A stretch of 64,000 nucleotides of DNA from Sedimentisphaerales bacterium (GTDB lineage: Bacteria > Planctomycetota > Phycisphaerae > Sedimentisphaerales > SM23-30): positions 348,146 to 412,145 of the forward strand of contig CAXXFK010000001.1 of assembly GCA_963663965.2 (NCBI GenBank), in the 5' to 3' direction. Shown in pieces: positions 1-8,146 of the stretch. A program made the position numbers and the translations under genes. A model generated the notes under the pieces. It ran no database searches. It was not told where the DNA came from and worked only from the letters and a program-made list of their open reading frames with translations. The stretch's first letter is position 1, and the number at the start of each line of letters is the position of its first letter.

Positions 1-149
1 TTTGTGTTGACGTCTGTTCGGAAGTCTACGAAATGAATGATGATGGCGTCGCCGTTGCTAAAGTGGCGTTGATCCCGGATAACGCTGTCGCCCAATGCCG
101 GGAAGCCGCTGACAGCTGCCCGGTTGACGCGATCGCTATCGAAGATTAA
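1..149 (+). CDS. Small ferredoxin (single 3Fe-4S/4Fe-4S cluster type), 5'-truncated by the window edge
   Basis: Not in the ORF track. Frame from nt 3 reads CVDVCSEVYEMNDDGVAVAKVALIPDNAVAQCREAADSCPVDAIAIED*, matching the C-terminal CxxxC...CP(V)xAI pattern of small ferredoxins. TAA at 147-149. Confidence 0.85.
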   Translation, partial: CVDVCSEVYEMNDDGVAVAKVALIPDNAVAQCREAADSCPVDAIAIED

Positions 150-1492
150 TGTTTACTCCTGTTCTGGATCAGATGGCTGGAAGCTGCATAAACGAACCAG
201 CCCAGAATAACAACGCCGGCCAGGACAATCAGGCCGGTACGCTTGAACTCCCACGCGTATGTGATACAATTGTACAGCATAAACAGGCAGCAACCGCAAA
301 AAACTGCCGGGGTAACAGGATACCCGGTAACCTTATATGCACGCCTGATATGGGGTTCTTTTTTGCGCAAACGATATACCGATAAGCCGGTCCACAGGAA
401 AAACAACCAGACCACCGGCGCGGCATAAATAATGGTATCGATAAATGAACCGGCCAACACGATAATCGCCAGACTGATGACGCCCTGTAATAACAGGGCC
501 CGGATGGGTGTATTTAAAGAACCATGCCACTGCCCAAACGGCCGGAAAATTGCATGATCCCGGCCCATGGCATAGGTAATCCTGGCGCCGGTAAACACCA
601 GACCGTTTACCGCCCCCAGGGCGGATATGCAAATAATGACGGCAATGGCGCGCCCGGCCAGTTCCGGAAACCGGGTGGCCATCGTTTCAACGGCAACCGC
701 CTCAGAACCAGCCATCCGGTCATAACCCAGCGCATACAGGAAAGCCACATTAACCAGCAGGTAAAGCGTCATCACCGATACAGTGCCCAATACCAGGGCC
801 CTGACAATATTCCGTTGCGGTTTTTTGACTTCAGCCGCCACATAAGCCATTTCATTCCAGCCGCCGTAGGTAAACAGAACCAGTATCAGCCCCAGGCCGA
901 TACCGCCAAACCCTGCTTCCCGAGCAACCGGAGGTTGCGATGTTGAAGAGGCCATAAATCCCGCCAGAATAACAGCCATCAAACCCAGCGCCTTAAGAAT
1001 AGTCAAAATATTCTGCGTCCATTTGCTTTGTTTCACACCCAGAATATTTACCAGCGTCAAAACAACAACCGCCAGTATTGCGTACCAGAGCCGGCTTCCC
1101 GGAAATTCATATAACTGGCCGGCGTAGCGCGCAAAGATAAACGCCATCAAGGCAATATCGCCCGGACGGACAACCACCAGCTGTGACCAGCCAAACAGAT
1201 AACCCGCCCATCGCCCCCAGGCCCGGGTCAAATAGAGATAATCACCACCAAAATCAGGATACGCGCTGGCCAGTTCGGCATAACACAGTGCGCCACTTAA
1301 CGCCAGCAAGCCGCCGGCCAGCCAGATGGCAAGGGTACCCAGCGAGCCGCCCATACACCCTGCCACCGTCGGTGCGGTCTCATAGATACCGGCCCCGATA
1401 ATAATCCCTACGATAATGCAGGTAGAATCGAACAGCGAAAGCTGTCGCCGGGGTGATTCCAGTTCATTGACGGATTCGGAATGATCAGGCAT
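146..1492 (-). CDS. APC-family amino acid permease
   Basis: 448 aa, about 12 hydrophobic helices, IIGAGIY (TM1), YAELASAYPxxGGxY, FTYGGWN and AEVKKPQRN motifs of LAT/APC transporters. Confidence 0.92.
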   Translation of the reverse strand: MPDHSESVNELESPRRQLSLFDSTCIIVGIIIGAGIYETAPTVAGCMGGSLGTLAIWLAGGLLALSGALCYAELASAYPDFGGDYLYLTRAWGRWAGYLFGWSQLVVVRPGDIALMAFIFARYAGQLYEFPGSRLWYAILAVVVLTLVNILGVKQSKWTQNILTILKALGLMAVILAGFMASSTSQPPVAREAGFGGIGLGLILVLFTYGGWNEMAYVAAEVKKPQRNIVRALVLGTVSVMTLYLLVNVAFLYALGYDRMAGSEAVAVETMATRFPELAGRAIAVIICISALGAVNGLVFTGARITYAMGRDHAIFRPFGQWHGSLNTPIRALLLQGVISLAIIVLAGSFIDTIIYAAPVVWLFFLWTGLSVYRLRKKEPHIRRAYKVTGYPVTPAVFCGCCLFMLYNCITYAWEFKRTGLIVLAGVVILGWFVYAASSHLIQNRSKH

Positions 1493-1501
1493 CGGATTGA
1501 C

Positions 1502-2215
1502 TTATCGCTTTTTCAAAGTAACACTAAGTCCCTGCCTGTCCTGATGCAGAAACAGGGTATCCAGATTCGGATTCGTCGTAATCTCCTTGATATAATCCTG
1601 CATCTGAGGCCCCGCATTGGTCGTATTATGAGCAATAATCAATCCCCCGGCGCGCACCTTTGGCACAAGCTGATTCATGTAATCCATATACCCGGATTTA
1701 TCCGCGTCCAGGAATAGAATATCGATAGGACCCTCCAGCTTTTTTACGGTTTCATGAGCGTCACCCATTACCAGGGTGATGATATCCTCCACTCCGGCGC
1801 GCGCGAAATTTTTCCGTGCCTGTGAAGCGCGTCCTTCATCAATATCATGCGTAATCAATTTACCCCCGGTTTTACGAAGCGCCAGCGCCCACCAGATCCC
1901 CGAATAGCCGTTGGACGTGCCGATCTCAACCACTTTTTGTGCGTTGGTCGTTTCAGCCAGCATCCGTAGCAACCGGCCATCCTCCGGCGGAACATTCATC
2001 ATGCCGCGGCTTTCTTCCTTGTTCATGACATCCAGAATATCCAGGATCTTTTTCTCCGCTTCATCCTTGGCCACAGGATCTTTATCCATACTGGCGCCTG
2101 AAGCGCCCATCCCCGGCCCCTGACCGGGCCCGCCACGGCGCTGCGCCACCAGATTACCCACGGTAACAACAAAGAATATAACCACCAGAAAAGTAACAAC
2201 ACCCTGTTTTGACAT
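1502..2215 (-). CDS. Class I SAM-dependent O-methyltransferase (CCoAOMT/Methyltransf_3-like) with N-terminal signal-like segment
   Basis: VVEIGTSNGYS motif I, FLDADK, IAHN. Start moved to ATG 2215 (MSKQGVV), preceded by AAGGAG. Confidence 0.88.
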   Translation of the reverse strand: MSKQGVVTFLVVIFFVVTVGNLVAQRRGGPGQGPGMGASGASMDKDPVAKDEAEKKILDILDVMNKEESRGMMNVPPEDGRLLRMLAETTNAQKVVEIGTSNGYSGIWWALALRKTGGKLITHDIDEGRASQARKNFARAGVEDIITLVMGDAHETVKKLEGPIDILFLDADKSGYMDYMNQLVPKVRAGGLIIAHNTTNAGPQMQDYIKEITTNPNLDTLFLHQDRQGLSVTLKKR

Positions 2216-2410
2216 GATCTGCTCCTTGTTATCATGTATCACTAATGATTGAAACAACTCTTGAATTCAACGTAAAACTTCAAATATCCCTGCAAGAAAA
2301 CCCGCCTGACCACAAATATAATTGAAAACCTCTTACATTGCACATTTTGTAACTATCTTATTTAAAATGCCTTACAGAAACAATGACAACAAATTCAACT
2401 CTTAAGGCTT

Positions 2411-3562
2411 CTAGTCCTGTTTTGGTTTCACCTTGCCTGATTTCTCAATAGACTCAACCTCGAGATTGTCATCCACATTTGATTCGCCGATCACCTTAAA
2501 ACTATCCATTGCCGGAAGCATATGACCTTCAGCATCAAAAAGCGCATTCTGTCCACCCTCCCAGCCGCCCGGTTTCTTCATTGGCACCGATTCCGGATAC
2601 CACCAGACCACCCCGATCCCTCGTTTATCCGGCGTTGCCCGTACGGTTTTTACCACTGTTTCTAGAAAAATTTTCTGCCCTTCCGGTGTCCGATCAAATT
2701 CATCATACTCCTCAGCGGCTCCAAAATACGGCCAGGCGGTCTCAACCAACAGGATATTTTTCTTGTAACGCTCCGCCGTCGCCGCCAGGTTCGCCTCTAA
2801 CTGTGCAATAGTCCCATGCCAGCGCGGATAATAACTCTGACCAATGATATCATAATCAATCCCAGTACGATTCAACTTGTCAAAAAACCATCGGGTTTTA
2901 TCAATATCGCCCCCCCAGGCAACATGAATCATGATCCGAACCGAATCTTCTGGTGTCGTCGAGCGTCTCACCCCCCGTATTCCAGCCTTAAGCAGTCGAG
3001 AAAATTTCTCCCACTGAATATCCGAATCATTCCTGCCGTCCGGCCAGATAAAGCCGCCATTCACCTCATTACCAATCTGTACGATATTCGGCAGCGCCTG
3101 CTTCTCTTTCATCTCAGTCATCACCCCGGCAGTATAGGTCTCCACTGTTTTTTCCAGCTGATCGAACGTCATACCCTCCCAGGCTTTCGGCTTATATTGA
3201 TGCCCCGGATCGGCCCAGGTATCCGAATAATGAAAATCCAGCAGGAATGTCCCGCCGGCCGCTTTTATCCGGCGACCCAGTTTTATTACATAGGGAACAT
3301 CCTGAACCACGCCGCCTTTTCCGGTCGGATTCACAAATAAACGCACCCGGAAACAGTGACAGCCATGATCCATCATCAATTGGATCAAATCCTTGGGCTG
3401 ACCACCATCTGAAAACTCGATTCCCGCCTCTTCCAGTTTGGGCAGCATCGAGATATCACCACCCACATAAAATGGATCGGTATCAACCGGAAGATCAACC
3501 GAGAATCCCAAGGAAACCATACACAACGAATAAAACAAGATTAGCAATATGTTTTTTTTCAC
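2411..3562 (-). CDS. GH53 arabinogalactan endo-beta-1,4-galactanase, secreted
   Basis: GGDISM, RVRLFVNP, LLDFHYSDTWADPGHQ, VQIGNE, SYYPRWHG and VETAWP motifs; N-terminal signal peptide; GTG start. Confidence 0.93.
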   Translation of the reverse strand: MKKNILLILFYSLCMVSLGFSVDLPVDTDPFYVGGDISMLPKLEEAGIEFSDGGQPKDLIQLMMDHGCHCFRVRLFVNPTGKGGVVQDVPYVIKLGRRIKAAGGTFLLDFHYSDTWADPGHQYKPKAWEGMTFDQLEKTVETYTAGVMTEMKEKQALPNIVQIGNEVNGGFIWPDGRNDSDIQWEKFSRLLKAGIRGVRRSTTPEDSVRIMIHVAWGGDIDKTRWFFDKLNRTGIDYDIIGQSYYPRWHGTIAQLEANLAATAERYKKNILLVETAWPYFGAAEEYDEFDRTPEGQKIFLETVVKTVRATPDKRGIGVVWWYPESVPMKKPGGWEGGQNALFDAEGHMLPAMDSFKVIGESNVDDNLEVESIEKSGKVKPKQD

Positions 3563-3793
3563 GTTGTTTACCCCGTCATATTGAATAAATCGAAATTTGA
3601 TCGTATGCAGTTAACAACTGCAACGAATTGACCATTATTGCAACTTATGCTGCGATTGAGGGTATTCCCTCCTGAATTTTCTTGCATTTTCCCGGTTTCC
3701 ATCGAAAATAACACCCTTTAATCTAATTTGCGGCCTGGCCCCAAAATATGATAAACCATTTTATTTCAACAGGTTCTGAAAACGACGAACATT

Positions 3794-5614
3794 ATGTCTG
3801 CTAAAACCCATCAATATACTGAAGATAAAATCAAGTCCCTGTCCTCGCTGGAACATATCCGCTTACGAACCGGCATGTACATCGGCCGCACCGGCAGCGG
3901 CGCCCACTATGATGACGGCATTTATATCCTGCTTAAAGAGGTCATTGACAATGCCGTGGATGAATTCATTATGGGCCATGGCAAACAGGTGGATATCACC
4001 ATCAAAGATAATCGCGTCTCGATACGCGACTATGGACGTGGGATCCCGCTGGGTAAGGTCGTCGATTGTGTTTCCCGCATCAATACCGGCGCCAAATACA
4101 ATGATGATGTTTTTCAATTCAGCGTGGGACTCAACGGCGTGGGCACCAAAGCCGTCAACGCACTCTCAACCGAATTTATGGTGCGCAGTCATCGCGACGG
4201 CAAATTCGCCCAGGCTGAATTTGAATACGGTAAACTGGTTCGCGAAACCACTGGCAATACTGGCGAAACCAACGGAACCTTTGTCCAGTTCGTTCCTGAT
4301 AAATCGATCTTCGATAATTTCAAATTCCAGGAAGAACACATCGAACGGCGCTTACGGTTCTATTCCTATCTCTCGGCCGGATTACGGTTCAATTATAATG
4401 GCCGCACCTTTCAATCCACCGGCGGCATTCTTGACCTGATCGAAGATGAAACCTCCTTCGAAAAACTCTATACCCCGCTCCATTTCAAAGACGCCACCTT
4501 GGAGTTCGCCTTCACACACACCAACCGTTTCAACGAAGAATATTATTCCTTCGTCAACGGTCAGTATACCAACGATGGCGGCACGCATCTCAGCGCGTTT
4601 CGGGAAGGGATCCTGCGTGGCATCAACGATTTTGGCAAAAACAAATTCACCGGTGACGATGTCCGCGAAGGCATGCTGGGGGCGATTGCCATCCGCATCA
4701 AAGACCCCATGTTCGAAAGCCAGACCAAAAACAAACTGGGCAATACCGAAATCCGGTCAGAAATCGTCACCCGCGTCCAGGAGGCGGTGCTGGTTCTGCT
4801 GCATAGCCACAAGCAGCAGGCCGAACGACTGCTGGAAAAAATCCAGGAAACCCAGAAATTCCGCCAGGAACTTCAGACCGTCAAGAAACTCGCGCGCGAA
4901 CGCTCACGCGCCATCTCCATTCGCGTGCCCCAGTTGCGCGATTGCAAAAACCATTACAAACATAAATCCGGCCAGCATGACAATACCATGATCTTCATTA
5001 CCGAAGGCCAGTCCGCCGCCGGTTCACTGGTCAGTTGTCGCGATGTCAATACCCAGGCCATCTACACGCTCAAAGGTAAACCCCTCAATGTCTGGGACTT
5101 GAAACAGGATGCCCTGTATAAAAACGAGGAAATCTTCAACCTGATGAAAAGTCTGGATATCGAAGATTCTATCGATCGGCTCCGCTACAATCATGTCGTA
5201 TTAGCCACAGACGCCGATGTCGACGGCCTCCATATCCGCAACCTGATGATCACCTTTTTCATGCGTTTCTTTTCCGACCTGGTCGCGCGCGGCCACCTCA
5301 AGATCCTCGAAACCCCGCTGTTCCGGGTTCGTAACAAAAAAGACACACTCTACTGCTATTCCGAAGCGCAACGTGATAACGCGCTCAAAAAGCTGGGCCG
5401 CGGTTGTGAAGTCACCCGCTTTAAAGGTCTGGGCGAAATCTCTCCCGGCGAATTCAAAGCCTTTATCGGCAAAAATATGCGGCTGTCTCCCGTAACCATC
5501 ACCGGTGAACATTCCATCTCCGAAACGCTCGCGTTTTACATGGGCAAAAATACCCAGCAGCGACGCGACTACATCATGAACAACCTGGTAATCGATGAAG
5601 AAATCATGCAATGA
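3794..5614 (+). CDS. parE: DNA topoisomerase IV subunit B (type IIA)
   Basis: EHIRLRTGMYIG, EVIDNAVDE, GLNGVG (GHKL ATPase), TEGQSA, ATDADVDG (TOPRIM), RFKGLGE. 606 aa without the GyrB insertion; coupled to the A subunit by an ATGA overlap. Confidence 0.88.
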   Translation: MSAKTHQYTEDKIKSLSSLEHIRLRTGMYIGRTGSGAHYDDGIYILLKEVIDNAVDEFIMGHGKQVDITIKDNRVSIRDYGRGIPLGKVVDCVSRINTGAKYNDDVFQFSVGLNGVGTKAVNALSTEFMVRSHRDGKFAQAEFEYGKLVRETTGNTGETNGTFVQFVPDKSIFDNFKFQEEHIERRLRFYSYLSAGLRFNYNGRTFQSTGGILDLIEDETSFEKLYTPLHFKDATLEFAFTHTNRFNEEYYSFVNGQYTNDGGTHLSAFREGILRGINDFGKNKFTGDDVREGMLGAIAIRIKDPMFESQTKNKLGNTEIRSEIVTRVQEAVLVLLHSHKQQAERLLEKIQETQKFRQELQTVKKLARERSRAISIRVPQLRDCKNHYKHKSGQHDNTMIFITEGQSAAGSLVSCRDVNTQAIYTLKGKPLNVWDLKQDALYKNEEIFNLMKSLDIEDSIDRLRYNHVVLATDADVDGLHIRNLMITFFMRFFSDLVARGHLKILETPLFRVRNKKDTLYCYSEAQRDNALKKLGRGCEVTRFKGLGEISPGEFKAFIGKNMRLSPVTITGEHSISETLAFYMGKNTQQRRDYIMNNLVIDEEIMQ

Positions 5615-7689
5615 GTTCAAAAACTACCCATTCAGATAATACCGACAGCAATCCCAATAAGACCGACGACCTCACCAATTCGGATGATATGCCGCTGTTT
5701 GACCAGGTTCCTGATGATCATATCCCGGTCCATGAACGCCATGGCCCGCTGACCGATATGGTCGATTTCAACTTTCTGCAATATGCCTCGTACGTTATCT
5801 GCGAGCGGGCCATTCCCAATCTGACCGACGGTCTGAAACCCGTGCAGCGCCGCATCCTGCATGCCCTGCATGAAAAGGATGATGGCCGCTTTATCAAGGT
5901 CGCCAATGTGGTGGGCCATACCATGCAATACCATCCCCATGGCGACGCCTCGATCGGCGACGCCCTGGTCACGCTCGCCAACAAGCAATATCTGATCGAA
6001 AGCCAGGGCAATTTCGGCAATATCTATACCGGCGACCGGGCCGCCGCGCCCCGTTATATCGAATGCCGCCTGACGGATCTGGCCCGAAACGAATTATTCA
6101 ATCCCGAACTGACCAAAACCATTCCCAGCTACGATGGCCGTGGTCGCGAACCGGTCACCCTGCCATCCAAATTGCCGCTCCTGCTCATGCTGGGCGCAGA
6201 AGGAATCGCAGTTGGATTATCCACCAGCATTCTTCCGCATAACTTTATCGAATTGCTGGAAGCGGAAATTCTGATCATTCAGGAAAAGAAAAGAAATTCC
6301 GCCAAACTGGAGATTCTGCCCGACTTCCAGACCGGCGGCTTGATGGATGTCAGCGAGTACAACAACGGCTCCGGCAAAATCAAATTACGCGCTCGCATCA
6401 AAAAGCAGGATACAGATAAACTGCTCATCACCGAATTGCCTTATGCCCAGACCACTGAATCGATAGTCGCCTCCATTGAAGAGGCCATCAAGAAAAAAAA
6501 GGTGCCCATCCGCGCCATCAATGACTATACCGCCGAGAAAGTCGAAATCGAACTGGTCCTCGCTCCCGACGCCAAACCCGAAAAGGTCATCCAGAAACTG
6601 TACGCCTTTACCCGCTGCGAAACCTCCGTTTCCAGCCGGATTATTGTGATTCATAATCGCCGTCCGCGCGAAATGACCGTCGAGCAGGTCTTGCGCGAAA
6701 ATGTCCGCCAGCTCCTGTCGCTGCTTCAAAGCGAACTGCAACTCAAAAAGAAAAAACTGCTCGAAGAAGTCCATACCAAAACTCTGATTCAGATCTTCGT
6801 CGAAAACCGGATCTATAAGAAAATCGAAGAATGCAAAACCTTCCCAGCCGTCATCGCGGCGATCGAACAGGGCCTGGCCCCGTTCCGCCCCCTACTCACC
6901 CGCGACATTACCAGAAAAGATATCGAAATGCTGCTGGGCGTCCGTATCAAACGGATCTCCCGCTTCGATATCGATAAAAACCGCAAGGATATCGAGGCCA
7001 TCCTCAAGGAACTGGCCCAGGTCGAAAAAAATCTTGAGGACCTGAAAGGGTATACCGTTCGATACCTGCGGTCTTTAATCAAGCAATACAAAGACCAGTT
7101 CCCGCGCCGTACCCGGATTGAAACTTTCAAGGCCCCCGATGTCCGCCAGCTCACCGCTAATGAACTGGCCATCAACCTCGATAATGAAAAAGGATTCCTC
7201 GGCCATGCGGTCAAAGGCGATCCCATCCTGCAATGCTCATCGCTGGACAAACTGCTGATTCTCAAAAAAGATGGCAGTTTCGTGGTCATGCCACCGCCGG
7301 AAACCTGTTTCGTTGATGATAAGCTCCTCTGGTGCGGTGTCTATCATCGCGATCTGACCTTTACCGCAGTCTATCTTCACTGGGGGGTTACCTATATCAA
7401 ACGGTTCCCCATTGGCGGCGTGATTATGAATACCGATTACCGCTTTATCCCCGATCAGGCAAAACTTTTACTATGTTGTCCCGATACTCCCGATGCGCTC
7501 TACGTCAAGTACCAGCCGGCCCCCAGGCAACGGATCATCCAGCAAACGTTTAAACCCAAACAAGTGCCTGTTAAACCGGTTAAAAACAAGGGTATTCAGA
7601 TGACCTCCAAGGATATCGCCCACATCGATATCAAACCCGGCCGCTGGTGGGACAACAATCTCCAATCCCCGCCCGGCAAAATCGGCTAG
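5611..7689 (+). CDS. parC: DNA topoisomerase IV subunit A
   Basis: DGLKPVQRR, YHPHGD, AAAPRYIE (catalytic Tyr). Short C-terminal domain with no GyrA-box. Confidence 0.88.
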   Translation: MSSKTTHSDNTDSNPNKTDDLTNSDDMPLFDQVPDDHIPVHERHGPLTDMVDFNFLQYASYVICERAIPNLTDGLKPVQRRILHALHEKDDGRFIKVANVVGHTMQYHPHGDASIGDALVTLANKQYLIESQGNFGNIYTGDRAAAPRYIECRLTDLARNELFNPELTKTIPSYDGRGREPVTLPSKLPLLLMLGAEGIAVGLSTSILPHNFIELLEAEILIIQEKKRNSAKLEILPDFQTGGLMDVSEYNNGSGKIKLRARIKKQDTDKLLITELPYAQTTESIVASIEEAIKKKKVPIRAINDYTAEKVEIELVLAPDAKPEKVIQKLYAFTRCETSVSSRIIVIHNRRPREMTVEQVLRENVRQLLSLLQSELQLKKKKLLEEVHTKTLIQIFVENRIYKKIEECKTFPAVIAAIEQGLAPFRPLLTRDITRKDIEMLLGVRIKRISRFDIDKNRKDIEAILKELAQVEKNLEDLKGYTVRYLRSLIKQYKDQFPRRTRIETFKAPDVRQLTANELAINLDNEKGFLGHAVKGDPILQCSSLDKLLILKKDGSFVVMPPPETCFVDDKLLWCGVYHRDLTFTAVYLHWGVTYIKRFPIGGVIMNTDYRFIPDQAKLLLCCPDTPDALYVKYQPAPRQRIIQQTFKPKQVPVKPVKNKGIQMTSKDIAHIDIKPGRWWDNNLQSPPGKIG

Positions 7690-8146
7690 TCCACCCATCA
7701 AAATCTGTAACATACCGTTCTCTATTTTTCTTATACACAGTGTTTATTATTTTGTTGACAGCAATCTGGAGCGCCCAGTTCCAACCTTGATTTTCCAGAC
7801 CAATTTATGACAATGTGATTTAAATATCTATTTATTCTGTACTTATATCTTATATAACCTTGAACCAAATAATTATGTAACACATTAAGCCTTGGCCGAA
7901 CCGTTACCAATTGAAATATAGTTTTTAGAAAAATTCAGAATTTAAGTCTTGGCAACCTGTCGGATTAATGTGAAAATAGCCGTTTTGATACACTCTTAAA
8001 GATCATTTACGGAATTATTTCAAGCATTGAGCAATAACGGTTTTTTCAATCCGTTTGAATAGTGTCAACATTTAGCGTTACTTGCGCTAATTTCTACTCA
8101 AGTATAAACCTGAAACATTTCTAACCTGTCTAATCTCACGGAGGTT

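Noticed and set aside
3794..7689. gyrB/gyrA
   Set aside because: The A subunit lacks the GyrA-box and full pinwheel length; topo IV fits better.
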